In this document: positions 49,177-61,503 of the stretch, in pieces
How the letters are laid out: each line of letters begins with the position of its first letter
Position numbering within the stretch: position 1 is the stretch's first letter
Source of the DNA: Squalus acanthias
Lineage: Eukaryota
Length of the DNA: 64,000 bases
Direction of reading: 5' to 3'
Assembly: GCA_030390025.1 (NCBI GenBank)
Contig: CM059432.1
Location: 72,418,001 to 72,482,000 of the forward strand
Position numbers and translations under genes: made by a program
Notes under the pieces: model-generated
Told to the model about the DNA's origin: nothing
The model's database searches: none
The model's input: only the letters and a program-made list of their open reading frames with translations

Positions 49177-51096
49177 GGCCGCGAAATTGGGAGGTTTAGC
49201 ACCGGCCATTAAGGCCGGTTTTGTTGAAAAAATGCGAGGTCGGCAGCGCTGCCATTGCCTGCGCTCGTCATCCACATGTAAATTATGCAGACTGTGACAT
49301 CAATCATGAATTGACGCACGAATGTGATTTTGGGCGTCGCCGCTCTTGATACTGCCCTCTACAAACCATGCATGGAAGAATGTACAAGCAGCAGTACTAC
49401 AGAGACGCTGCCAGCGCTTCTTAAAGGGACACACACATCTTTCAGGTAAATTTAGATTTTAGCTTTTGGACTTTTTTTTTTACATTTTATTGCAGTAGTG
49501 GCTTGGTGCAATACATTTAAAAAGTTGTTAAAGTGTGCAGGGAGTGCTGCTGGACGTTTTCAAGGCTTTGGCTCTTAAAGGAAGGCCTCTGAGAAGATCA
49601 GTTGCTCACAGTCCTGGGTGCTGTAGTTGTTGTCCCTCCTTGGGCTGCAACATCACATGGAGATGAAGCAGAGGCAGCAAAGAGGGCAAGCTGCTCGCAG
49701 AGGGAAGAGAAAGAAGCAGAAGAGGAAGAAGTAGAAGAGGAGGAAGCAGAAGAGGAGGAAGTGGAAGGAAGGAGGCAACCTAGACAAGCCCCTTTATGGT
49801 CGGGATATCAGGGATCGAATCATCCGCCTGCGGTACCAGTGAACATTACCCCAATTCCCCTTTCAACATTTGTCCCACAATCTACCTTCCCTCTGTTACT
49901 GACCATCACAGCGTCCTCTTGGCCACAGTGCTGAAATAAAAGCCACCACAAAGCAAACTTTCCAATCCAACCCTAACCCATATATGTATCCAATATTATA
50001 TCAAAAAATCAACTAATCACCACTGTGCATTCCCTTATTGACTGTCTTGCGTGTGCCATTGCCTGTTCAAGTGATATTACACAGTGCTACCCCAGTGGCT
50101 GCAGCATGGCTGGTGGAAGGCTACTGAAGGAGCTGGTGGCTGGGAGTGTGAAATCGAGTGACGGTGTTTCTTCTTCTTCTTCACTCTCCTCTCCCCCTTC
50201 TTGGTGAACCACTGGCTGGGCAGGCTGGATCTCTTGGGTGTCTGAAATGAGGATGGCACAAGGATAGGGTTGTGGTGAGGGGAGGGCAGGAAAGCAAGCA
50301 GTGCATGCTTACTCCATGTGCAGCTTGTACATCAAAAGGGGGAAGTGGGATGTGAGAAGGAGGATAACACGTATGAGGATACCAACATCTTGTATTCTTT
50401 CAGCCCCACCGCTGGCCAAGGGCTCAGCCATGCCCCTGCCAAGAATGGCCTGCACTGTCTCCTCCAAGGGGATGAGATGAAGCTAGGAATGTGAGGTATG
50501 CCTCGTGTTTGGTAGGTGAGTGGTTGGCGGGGGGGGGGGGGGGTGTCATGCATTGAGCAGTGTATAAGGCTAATGGTGCAGTTGGTCGGAGACAGCTTTT
50601 GAAGATGCATGCACTGACATTGACCACTCGTCTGAGGTCATGAAACTTCTTTGGGCATTTGGAGCCAGGTCGTGGGGGCAACACCGCTGGCAGTAATGGC
50701 CTCGGCAATCTGGTACCACATCCTTCTTTCTAGAGGGTCTCCTGTGTTAGTGCTGAAGCAGAAGGTAGTTGAGCTTTCAGAGCTGCAGACTGCTTAGTTC
50801 TGAAGGAGTTTTTTTATTTTCAGAAGGCAGGTCAGCTTTAAGGGCTAGAGACCGCCTTGAAAAGGAACAGGCTATTTTTAAGTAAAGGCAGCCTCGCTCC
50901 AGCGATGGGAACCTGGGTTCCTTGCTGAACGCATAGCCTGTCAGCAGCGCATTAGTCGCTAGGCTGTGCGCTACAATCATTTAAATTAGCAGGCATCACC
51001 AAATTGATGGGCTGTCTGCGCTTTTTGAATGAGTGCAGGAATATCTCGTATCGTGGTGCCCGCGCCCATTTTTCGGCGATATTGAATTGCACCCCC
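49177..51096 (-). mobile_element. Non-autonomous PIF/Harbinger deletion derivative
   Basis: Inverted homologue of 5752-7590 (KCPKKFHDLRRVVN; VGLKEYKMLVSSYV); degenerate TIRs ggccgcgaaatt / aattgcaccccc; TAC on both flanks. Confidence 0.82.
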
Positions 51097-52537
51097 TACA
51101 AATTTAATCAGGGCATGTAGGCACAGAGTTTATAGGCAACAAAGAGGGGAGAATTTCATCTCCTCAATCTGGGTTGGATTTAGACCCTTGTTCCAATAGT
51201 GAAAGGACATTGTTTTTGCCATGTTTTGAAGTTTCCGCGGCTCTTCCATCGAAGTCACTACAGATGAGCAGGAGACCCCCAGCGGAAATTGACCCCCATT
51301 GTTGTAGTCCACTCTACTTATGCATTCCCTCATAACTTTACACTTTCAATTCACACCAACTGTTATGTTTGTAGGCAACATTTTAAATCACATAGATAAA
51401 CACACTTTCTTGTCATACCAGCCAGAGGCTAATTTTTGCAGCTCACTCTCAGTGCTCAATGAGAATCTCCACAAACCAGCAGCAGAAGCTACTCCAGAAA
51501 TATTGACTCCCAGTATTCTTGATTGACGTGTAGCCATGTACATGTCAATTTATTCTCATTGCAATTATTCTTGTCTGACAAATCTAAAGTGACAATATTC
51601 AGTAGTTCAGAATGAAATAACAGAGCTTTTGAGTACTTAGAGCTTAGGGAGGATCATAGCTACATCATTGTAATAAAATCAGAAACAATATCAGTGTTAA
51701 CTATATGATGGCAAAAATATTTGAATTCTATACCTGGCTCATATTCTCTCTTATAATATTCAACAATAGTTCAGATAGCTATTATTCTTGCATATATTAT
51801 GCAATAGAAAATGTATTCTTAAATCTGAAAGAACATGAAGGGTTCAGTATGTTAAAGGGACATTTCGCTGGAAAGTCCTGGGGCCCACTACACCGGCATA
51901 GGCAGGAACGAGCAGAACTCCCGCTCACCCTCAACCAAGGCCAGAGACTCCATCCCAAATTTCGGACACTGGATCATTTGCATATTATTGGGGGGGGCTA
52001 CCAGTGCATGCAAGGGTGCACTAGCAGCGTTTGGCCCGGTCGAATCAATCTGCCCTCGCCAGGTGGAGTGGAGTCTTCCAGGGGCTGAAGAAAAGCTATG
52101 TTTTAAACTCTACAGCTCCCATTGGAGCCGCTCCAACTAGAAAATATAATCAATCCTCTCCAGGATCGATAACCTTACTCTAGTAAAGGCTTTGGGCCTT
52201 TAGAAGGCCTGAAAGGGACTCATGCTAGGTCTCAGCTGGCGTGAGTTCTGCCATGGCCTTTCAAAAGCGTAAAGAGAGGAATTTCCTGGGGAACTAAATA
52301 CTCCCCTTGATGTGGTGAGGTTGGCAGAGATCCACCAACTGGGATTTAAAGGTCAATGGAAGGGAGAATCGGGTGGGGTGTCTCATGTGCAGCCGATCCA
52401 GTCATGCCCATTTTCCTCCGTCGATGAAAGTTAAAATTAGCCCTTATTTTTGCTCTTCCTCTATAATGAAGCCCGTTTGCATCTTTTGTAACTCTCATCT
52501 CCTTTCTGACTGCCCTCTTACTGTTAGAATACTGAGA

Positions 52538-52900
52538 GGGGTTGATTTTAACTTTTGGGTGACCGACCATGTAGGTCAGCTGCCCGTTTCGGGGGCAAAT
52601 CGGCCCATGCGATTTTTTGAGGCCCCAGACTCAGTTAAATTTGGTAAACAGAGAAACAGGTCTGGGCAGTCGCCAGCAAGGTGAGTTGTGGGGAGGGGAT
52701 GGCGTCCTGCGGCGGCTGCGGCCCAGATTATTGTTGTTGGACCAGGGGGAGCACTGCTGCTACTCCAGGGCCCACAAAAATGATTCGACGCTGTGGAGTG
52801 AAAACACCACAACACGTGGGGAAACCCGAACTTCTGGGTTTCCCGTCCAAAACTTCACCCCCCACCCCCCCACACAACCCGCCCCTGTCAAGATCGGGGC
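52538..52900. mobile_element. GC-rich MITE
   Basis: Ends ggggttgattttaac / gtcaagatcggggc; internal aaggtgagt and gggcccacaaaa motifs. Confidence 0.55.
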
Positions 52901-52997
52901 AGTTAACTCTGTTTCTCACTCCACAGATGCTGCCTGACCTGCTGAGCATTTTCTGTTTAGAGTTCAGATTTCCAGCATCCGCACTAGTTTGCCTTTC
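52901..52997 (+). mobile_element. Penelope family B 3' terminal remnant, without hammerhead core
   Basis: gttaactctgtttctc...gatgctgcctgacctgctgag...tttccagcatccgca is the reverse complement of about 40135-40235. Confidence 0.75.
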
Positions 52998-53429
52998 TAT
53001 TTATGCTTTATTCTAAGTCTGTTTGCCTTTTTCTGCATATTTCTATTTTTATCCCAGTAAACCCCTTCACCTCCTTTTTCTCCTTGCAGAATTTATAAAA
53101 GGTAATTTTTTCTCTTTATTTCACTTCCAATTAATTTGTTAATACATTTAAGGTCACGTTTGTTTAGTATGCATTTTGATGATTCTAGGTATGTCTATAT
53201 TCTGTATGCTCATTATGCTTCTAAACATGTTCCATTTGTCCTTTACTGAAGTGCTGTTGAACAACCTCCTCCAAAAAAATTGCTGAAGTTGTTCCCTTAT
53301 TTCTTCAAATTTAGTCCTTTAAAATTATATATCTAGCTCCTGGTCTTTGAGATTTATGAAACCCAGATCATGTAATTTTAGGGTTTATCACAAGGGCTGT
53401 AGAATATAAAAGCCAAAAGGTCATGATGA

Positions 53430-53762
53430 ACCTGTTGGAGGCGTCGTCTTTCGGATGAGATGTTAAACCGAGATGTCTGCTCTCGCAGGTGAACGTAAAA
53501 GATCCATGGCACTATTTCGAAGAAGAGCAGGGGAGTTATCCACAGTGTCCTGGCCAATACTTTTCCCTCAACCAACATAACAAAAACAGATTATCTGGTC
53601 ATTATCACATTGCTGTTTGTGGGAGTTTGCTGTGCGCAAATTGGCTGCCACATTTCCCACATTACAACAGTGACTCCACTTCAAAAGTACTTTATTGGCT
53701 GTAAAGTGCTTTGAGACATCCGGCGGTCATGAAAGGCGCTATATAAATGCAAGTCTTTCTTT
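53430..53762 (+). mobile_element. Deu-type SINE, 5'-truncated
   Basis: Colinear with about 24255-24595; ends tataaatgcaagtctttcttt. Confidence 0.88.
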
Positions 53763-54374
53763 GTAAAATCTTAATAAGGCCTCAGTTGGAGTACTGTGTG
53801 CAGTATTGGGCTCCATACTATTGAGGCTTTAGAGTTCTTGGAAACAGGAACCCAGTGTGGCAGCAGCCCGAGTTGTTTATGTGGATCCCAGAGGAGTACT
53901 CTTGCTCCTCATGGCCCCATAAAATTAAATTAAAACTTACATTCTGGGCTCCTCCTTGGCTGGACCTCCAGGTGAAGCTGTGTGCAGTGTGCGTGGCGCA
54001 CGCTCCACCTAGTTGAGTCCTAACATGTTATAGGATGCTAATGTGCTTATTTAAAGGGCCTACCACCTTAATCAGGGGGGAGCTCCTGTCACCCAGAGGT
54101 AGTCCCTTGGGAACATAGCATCAATCACACCATTGATGAGAACGGAGCGGTAAGTCATATTCCACCATTTTCAGGGCGCTACCCCCTCCCCTGTTTCCGC
54201 CATGGGGCGGGGGGCGGGGGGGGGGGCGGGGGGGAAGGGCTCAAAACATCCCCCGTTGTTTTCAGATCATTGTTGTCCATGCAGCCCATGGTACAAACTT
54301 TTCTATTAAGTGTGTCTTTTTCTTCCCTGTAGTAGACTTTCACAATATACAAGATAGATTTACGAATTTGTTGT

Positions 54375-55191
54375 CATAGAAACATAGAAGATAGGAGCAG
54401 GAGTAGGCCATTTGGCCCCTCGAGCCTGCTCCGCCATTCGATGAGATCATGGCTGATCATCCAAACTCAGTACCCTGTCCCTGCCTTCTCACCATATCCC
54501 TTGATACCTTTAGCCTTAAGAAATATATCTAACTCCTTCTTGAATATATTTACTGACTTGGCCTCAACTGCCTTCTGTGGTAGAGAATTCCACAGGTTCA
54601 CCACTCTCTGGGTGAAGAAATTCCTCCTCATTCCGGCCTAAATGGCTTACCCCTTATCTTTAGACTGTGACCTCTGGTTCTGGACTCACCCGCCATCGGG
54701 AACATCCTTCCTGCATCCAGTCTGTCTAGCCCTGTTAGAATTTTATAAGTTTCAATGAGATCTCTTCTCATTCTTCTAAACTCCAGCGAGTATAAGCCCA
54801 ATCAACCCAATCTCTCCTCGTACGTCATTTCTGCCATCCCAGGTATCAGTCTGGTGAATCTTCGCTGCACACCCTTCGTGGCAAGAACATCCTTCCTCAG
54901 ATAAGGCGACCAAAACTGCACACAATACTCAAGGTGTGGTCTCACCAAGGCCCTGTACAGCTGCAGCAAGACATCCTTGTTCCTGTACTCAAACCCTCTC
55001 GTTACGAAGGCCAACATACCATTTGCCTTCTTAACCGCCTGCTGCACCTGCATGCTTACCTTCAGCGACTGGTGCACAAGGACACCCAGGTCTCGTTGCA
55101 CTTCCCCTTCTCCCAATCTATTGCCGTTCAGATAATAATCTGCCTTTCTGTATCTGCAAACTTGGAGATATTACATCTAGTTCCCTCGTCT

Positions 55192-55261
<70 letters not shown>

Positions 55262-55859
55262 TAAAATAGCTGGGGTCCTAGGACCGATCCCTGCGGAACC
55301 CCACTAGTAACTGCCTGCCACTCAGAAAAAGACCCGTTTATTCCAACTCTTTGCTTCCTGTCTGCCAACCAGTTCTCTATCCAAGTCAGTACCTTGCCCC
55401 CAATCCCATGTGCCTTAACTTTACATGCTAATCTCTTATGCGGGACCTTATCGAAAGCCTTCTGAAAGTCCAAATACACTACATCCACTGGTTCTCCCTT
55501 ATCTATTCTATCAGTTACATCCTCAAAAAATTCCAGTAGATTAGTCAAGCATTTACCTTTTGTAAATCCATGTTGACTTTGTCCAATCCTGTCACTGTTT
55601 TCCAAGTGCTCTGCTATTACATCTTTTATAATGGACTCTAGCATTTTCCCCACAACTGATGTCAGGCAGTTGAGGCCAAGTCAGTAAATATAATTCCCCG
55701 TTTTTTCTTTACCACCTTTTTTGAACAGTGGGGTTACATTAGCTACCCTCCAATCCATGGGAACTGTTCCAGAGTCTATAGAATTGTGGAAGATGACCAG
55801 CAATGCATCTACTATTTCTAGGGCCACTTCCTTAAGTACCCTAGGATGTAGATTATCAG
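54375..55859 (-). mobile_element. CR1 LINE, 5'-truncated, rearranged
   Basis: ORFs 55177..55653 and 54802..55116; ttctatgtttctatg tail; internal (TA)n and a deletion around FADD. Confidence 0.93.
55196..55252. repeat. (TA)n microsatellite within CR1 RT
   Basis: Read directly; lies at the position of the atatatatt (IYI) seed seen in other CR1 copies. Confidence 0.95.
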
Positions 55860-55974
55860 AGCAGCGGCGGCGAGCGGACTTGCGAGGCGGCGGCGGTACA
55901 AAAGGCGAGCCCGAGGCAGGTCCGCTCGCCGCCGCTGCCGCCGCTGCTCTGATAATCTACATCCTAGATGTACA

Positions 55975-56133
55975 ACCACCATGAGTGGTTCTGCTGCACA
56001 GGATGGGAGGAAAAAGAGTGGGAGAGCTATAGTGATAGGGGATTCTATTGTAAGGGGAATAGATGGACGTTTCTGCAGCCGCAGACGAGACTCCAAGATG
56101 GTATGTTGCCTCCCTGGTGCAAGGGTCAAGGAG
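55975..56133 (+). mobile_element. CR1 ORF1 esterase fragment, inverted relative to the adjacent CR1
   Basis: ORF 55981..56217: RAIVIGDSIVRGIDGRFC...MVCCLPGARVK. Confidence 0.85.
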
Positions 56134-57133
56134 CTTCACCTACCAGGAACGCATGTATTGCAAGTTCAAGTACAAGTACAGCGCAGGCCATGCTGGCCAG
56201 GCATTTTAATCCATTAATATTAAGAGACAGAAAATGGTGCGGGGCCCACTATATCTCTGGGTGAATTCCTGATATGCTCTGCGCCAGAAGCACTTATTTG
56301 TAAACTTTACCCTTATGTGTCCTTTTGTAATTTAATGATTCTTTATTACAATATCCAAATTATGCAAAGTTATAACAGTCTGAATATGTACTCCACTTCA
56401 AACAAAATCACTTAAGCATAATTTATTTTTGTATCAATTTTTGTATCAAATGCAAAGCAAAAATTTTAATATTAATCTTGATTGAAATTTAAGTAACTTG
56501 ATGATGCTACTAATTGATTCATGCTTCTTTCAGCAACGCCTGCAATCTTGTCATAATATGCAACTCACATTGTCCTGTTCTCTGGTTTTCTTGGACTGAA
56601 TCCACTACATCAACATAATCCACTTTGATCTATTTAGCTGAGAAGGGAAGAATATCCCTATGTTCCAAATTATGTCTTTGAACTGTATTTTTCTAGGAAA
56701 AAAAGGAGGCTAATTAGTGTATTCAGCAAGTTAATCACAAGTGAACATTAAGGCTGCAGCTCCTGTCAATCAAGAGAGAATATTCTCCAGCTACTTGATT
56801 TGCAAAACTAATGACGTGAGAGAATGATTGCTTCCTCAATGACCCAAACATAGACAGTGGGCCCTGTCTAATGTAGTAGGAGGAAGGAAAATATTATTTT
56901 TAATAAGCAATGTAATGATTCCTAATGTTTGTAAATGTGCTGCTGTTAAAGGCTGGCTGTATTCATTATAAAATTTAATTGCAGTTTTTTGTGTTTGACT
57001 TGTTCTTGTTTTGTATATTTTTCAATGCAGTTTATCCCAAGTTGACCTGGACCCAAGTCAAGAGACTTCAAGCCTCTGCCAATGCCCCCTTTGACCAGCT
57101 ATTTGGAGGCACAAGGTACCATAGAAACATAAC

Positions 57134-57895
57134 GGCCCAGAAATTCGGGTCCCCACGGGTGAGTACACACTGTGTACTCACCCGTAGGGCCACCGGAAGT
57201 GCCGGTTTCGCGCATGCACGGGAAACCGGAATTTCCAGTCTCGTGAAGGAAGGGGTTCGCAGGGTCAACCGCGTGCGCGGGAGAGGCAGTGCGTACGTAT
57301 CGAACTTCAGCTTTTTTTTTTTTTTTTTTACAGGTTTCTCCGTGCGGGTAAGTCCCTAGCAGCTGCGCGGGGAAAAAGCAGGTGCAAGGCCTACTTTTAA
57401 CAAGGTAAGTGGTGAATTAAGTAAAATTAAAACATTTTTTCCACAGCTTTATTATTTTTAAATACTTTAAAGAAAAGTTAGTTTATTTTTAGCCCCGTTA
57501 AAAACGGTAATTAATTTTTTCAAAAATTTAAATTATTGTTTAAAATAGTTATTTTATGTAATTTATAGTTATTTTAAAAATGTGATTTTTTTTAAAAATG
57601 TATTTGAAGTTTTAGTTAGGTTTTGGGGCCGATCTCTATTCATAGATTTGACAGGTCTTCCTGTCAAATCTATGAATGGAGATTCCCTGCTCCGATTGGC
57701 TCCCCATGGCCCACGTGATCCCAGGGGACGCGTCGAACTGCACCGCTGGGATCCGCGAGCACTGCACACCGGCAGCTGGAGGAAGGCCCAGGATCCGAAT
57801 CCCACGTGGGCCCACAGCACAACGGCAGGCGCGCTATGTAAGTGCACCCGCTATGCTTGCACCCGTGGGAAGCCTCCGACCCGAATTTCTGGCCC
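57134..57895. mobile_element. Harbinger-type MITE, 762 bp
   Basis: TIRs ggcccagaaattcgggtc / gacccgaatttctggccc (17/18); perfect 3-bp TSD aac. Confidence 0.92.
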
Positions 57896-57905
57896 AACAT
57901 CCCTA

Positions 57906-58751
57906 GGGCTGGATTTTCTCAATGGGAAGCTTTTGGAGGCGGGACTGCTGCTTGCTGGCTTTCAATCCCGCCTCCATCAGCTTCTGGCTAACCAGTGGGA
58001 TTTTCCCCTGATTGACCTTGTTAAGCCCGCCCGGCGGGCTCAGCAGGCCAATTAGGGGGAAGTCAGTGACTGAGCACGTCAACGTCTGACGTGTCAACTG
58101 TCAAGAACTTTTGAAAGAAGAGATGTCATTGTTTGACAGCTCTGAGAAGCTGTCAAACACTGACATTCTGTATAGTTTGATCAGTCCTTGTGTTCAGGAC
58201 TCATCAAACCTTTCAACTTTGCAGAAATCACCTGGCTGCTGGTTCGGAGGATCCAACAACCAGTCTGTGAAATCTACAATGGAGATGTCGGGACTCCGGC
58301 TTTTCAGCGGCTGAAGGCTGTAGGCAGAAACAAAGGTAAGTGAACATTTTCTAACACTTTACACTTACCTTACATACTTACCACTCCACACTTGCACCCA
58401 TCACTCACCTCTACATCGCACTTTCAGACCTCTCCGACCCCCGCAAACCTCCTACTCATCTCCTCCACCCTGGCGGGGCTCCCTGAGATTGGGAAGCCTG
58501 CACTTGGGAAGGTAAAATGGGAATAATCCTATTTTCTGCCTATTAACTACCTGTTAACAGGCAGTTAATAGGCTTTAATCCCTTTCCCGCCTCGAGGAGA
58601 TGGGCCCCGGGGCAGGACAGGCTTCCTGCCTCCTGGCAAAAGGGCAAGGAGGCGGGTTGGGGGCGGGTTTGCCACCCGCCCCCAAATTCTGCAACTTTAC
58701 CAGCAGTCCCACCTCCATACCCGCCTCCTCGGGGCTGACAAAATCTAGCCC
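57906..58751. mobile_element. Harbinger-type MITE, 846 bp
   Basis: TIRs gggctggattttctc / gacaaaatctagccc (13/15); flanks cta/tta. Confidence 0.82.
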
Positions 58752-58756
58752 TTAAG

Positions 58757-58915
58757 TGTCAGGCTTGGCTCAGTATAGTACTTTTACCTCTGAGTCAGAA
58801 GATCATAGGTTCAAATCCCACTCCAAAGAATTGAGCACATAATCTAGGTTGACACTTCAGTACAGCAGTCCCTCAGTACTGCACTGAAGTGTCAGCCTGA
58901 ATAAAGTGCTCACAT
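58757..58915 (+). mobile_element. Deu-type SINE 5' head with inverted duplication
   Basis: tggctcagt...ggttcaaatccc head, followed by an inverted SINE segment. Confidence 0.8.
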
Positions 58916-59063
58916 CATGGTGAGGTCAGGGCAGCGGTTAGAAGTTACACCTTGCCTCTTTAAAGCGGGAAAAGGAAAATTCAGCCCATAAAATTTGACA
59001 TCACACAAGTGTCGTTGCCCTTTGCCTTCCAGGGAATTTTGACATTAATTGATATTGCCAGAG

Positions 59064-59637
59064 CATAGGAATATAAGAACATTCAGCCCCTCGAGCCTGT
59101 TCCGCCATTCAATTAAATCATCACTGATCCGTACCTCAACTCCATGCCTTTGATCCATAGCTCATTAATACCCTTACCTAACTAAAATCTATTGATCTCA
59201 GTCTTGAAAATTTCAATTGACACAGAATCTACAGCCTTTTGGGAGAGAGAGTTCCAGATATCCACTGATCTTTGTGTGAAATAGTGCTTCCTGATTTTAC
59301 TCCTTAAATGGCCTAGCTCTAATTTTAAGATGATGCCCCCTTGTTCTGGATTCCCCCACCAGAGGAATTAGTTTGTATCTACCCTATTGAATCCCTTTAT
59401 TATTTTAAATACCTTGCTTAGATCACCCCTCAACCTTCTAAACTCAAGGGAATACAAGCCAAGTTTATGCAACCTGTCCTCATAATTTAACCCTTTAAAT
59501 CCTGGTGAATCTGCATTGTACCCCTGAAACTGAACGCAGTACTCCAGATGGGTCTGAACAAGACTCTGTACAACTGAAGCATTACTTCCTCACTTTTGTA
59601 TTCCAGCCCTCGAGATAAAGGCAAACATTTTATTAGC
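59064..59637 (-). mobile_element. CR1 3' fragment
   Basis: cccctcgagcctgttccgccattcaat 3' end; ORF 59487..59717 contains RGLEYKSEEVMLQLYR. Confidence 0.88.
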
Positions 59638-60160
59638 ATCTGTTTCGTATTTTGAACATGTGCGCCAATGAAAGTTACAGACCAATTTTGCAAACAGCAT
59701 ATAAATAAGGTCTGCATGTCATTGCCATTTTCACCAAGGACTTAAAACACGCCCCTCAAGCTAAGAATTCTGCAGCATACCAACCGAGCAAAAACTCTTT
59801 CTGACACAGATTGGCAAGGAACAAGAGTAGGTTGTAAACATTTTTACACTTTATTTTTTTGTTTGAGAGATATCTTGTGCCAGCAGGCGTCATTTCCTGT
59901 GCCAGATTAATAGTGTCAAAAGGAAGGGCCGTTAGTCAACCACATGATTCAAAGTGCGAAAAGAAATTCTGAAATTACAAAAGTTTGGTTTAAAACTGGT
60001 ACAAAATGCTTAAAGTACAGCCTGAAATGAGAGCTATGCAGCATCACAGGGCATTCGACAAATGGATGAAACTGTCTGGAGTGAGAGAGAAGATTCTCCT
60101 CCCACCCTCAATAAACATGTACATCGCTGCAGTGTTATAATTTTCTAAATTAGAGCCTAG

Positions 60161-60844
60161 AGGGGAGAAATTGGTCCTCGTCACGCTCAATTTTAGGGCA
60201 AGAATTTAACATTGGGTAGACCAATTACCGGGCACGATCCTTCACGCCCGATCTCCCCTGAAAGTGTGCTGACTGCCAAATTGGAAGCCGGCGACTTCGG
60301 AGTGTTCAGGGTGCCCACCTGAAACAGGTGTTAGGCCCTTGAGTTTCCTAATCAGCGTCCTAACACCTGTTTTAGGATCCCGCTCCCAAATTTGGCACAA
60401 ACTGGGCAGACCATGTGCCCCCATGCTCTGCTCAGTTTCTCCAGATCTACAGCAGCCTATCCAGTGGTCCTTATAGAGACTGAGACTGCTGGAGGCCGTC
60501 GAGAAAAGGTAAGTTAACTTTTTTTTACTTACATTAATGTCGGGCCAGGAGAAGCAGGCCTGCCAGCCTGGCCTCCCCAACCCCCCCTCCCACCGCTTCA
60601 CCCCTTTCAGTTCGCCTACCCCGGACCTATCTGTGGGCCGGCTCAATGATGGAGCTGGACGATTTTCCTGAGGTCCTGACGGACAAGCGGCATCGGGGTG
60701 CCCAATTGGCGGCTACAGCTCACCGGTTTTATGTAGATGAGACCTGAGGCTCAATTTTCAGCAAGCCTCAGGCTGACGTCTTCGGGCACACGTTCCCTTC
60801 ATGACACCCATTTTGCGTCAGTCTCTGGCTCCAATTTCTCGGCC
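60161..60844. mobile_element. Harbinger-type MITE
   Basis: TIRs aggggagaaattgg / ccaatttctcggcc (11/14); flanks tag/tat. Confidence 0.72.
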
Positions 60845-61373
60845 TATATTTTTGCTGAGCTTTTCTCAAGCACGAAATGGACATATTGAAGAAAATGTAA
60901 CAATGCAACTGCTGCACCTCTTTATTAATGTTTTAAATACAACATGAAACAAAAGCTTTATATAAAAGTTAGCCGGATATTAAGAGGAAGGCCAGATCTG
61001 ATTCACATCACTCCACTTTTACAAACCATTCTCAATTTCACAAATAAGTTGAAAGTGTATTTGGTCTCAGGATGTGAGGGATGTTTTTGCTTGGAAAATC
61101 CTGCTGTCTATATTCAGTAATACTGCATGGATGTTATATGGTTGTTGTCTGCCATCTAGTGTTTAAATAGTCTTATAGCAATTGCACGTCTTCCTTAATG
61201 ATTTCAGATGACTGTGATTTTGCCTTTCATATATGAACGACAATTAATTAAGCATTTGGAAACTTTACAAAATTGTAGTCGTCTTGTCATTTGTGCAATA
61301 AGGTTTAGATGCAAAACTCAAATTTATGCTTTTCTTGTGTGGCCAACCTTTATCTGTCATCACGGACTATAAG

Positions 61374-61503
61374 CAATGCTCCCTCTAATTTTTTTCCCTG
61401 CGCGTGTCCTTTACATTTGCTGTGCGGCTCAGCAGCAGCTGGTGAGTGGCCTGCGCAGGACCTTGCGATTGATGCACGGCCGCGCACCTTAGGGGGAACA
61501 TTG
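61374..61503. mobile_element. hAT MITE (CAATGTTCCC TIR family), 130 bp
   Basis: TIRs caatgctccctctaa / ttagggggaacattg; flanks actataag / accagaag (6/8); inverted relative to 20876-21038. Confidence 0.8.

Noticed and set aside
52901..52997. Fourth hammerhead ribozyme
   Set aside because: Only the sequence downstream of the core remains; the CUGANGA and GAAA boxes are absent.
54934..55260. ORFs with IYIYIY runs
   Set aside because: Translation of the (TA)n microsatellite.
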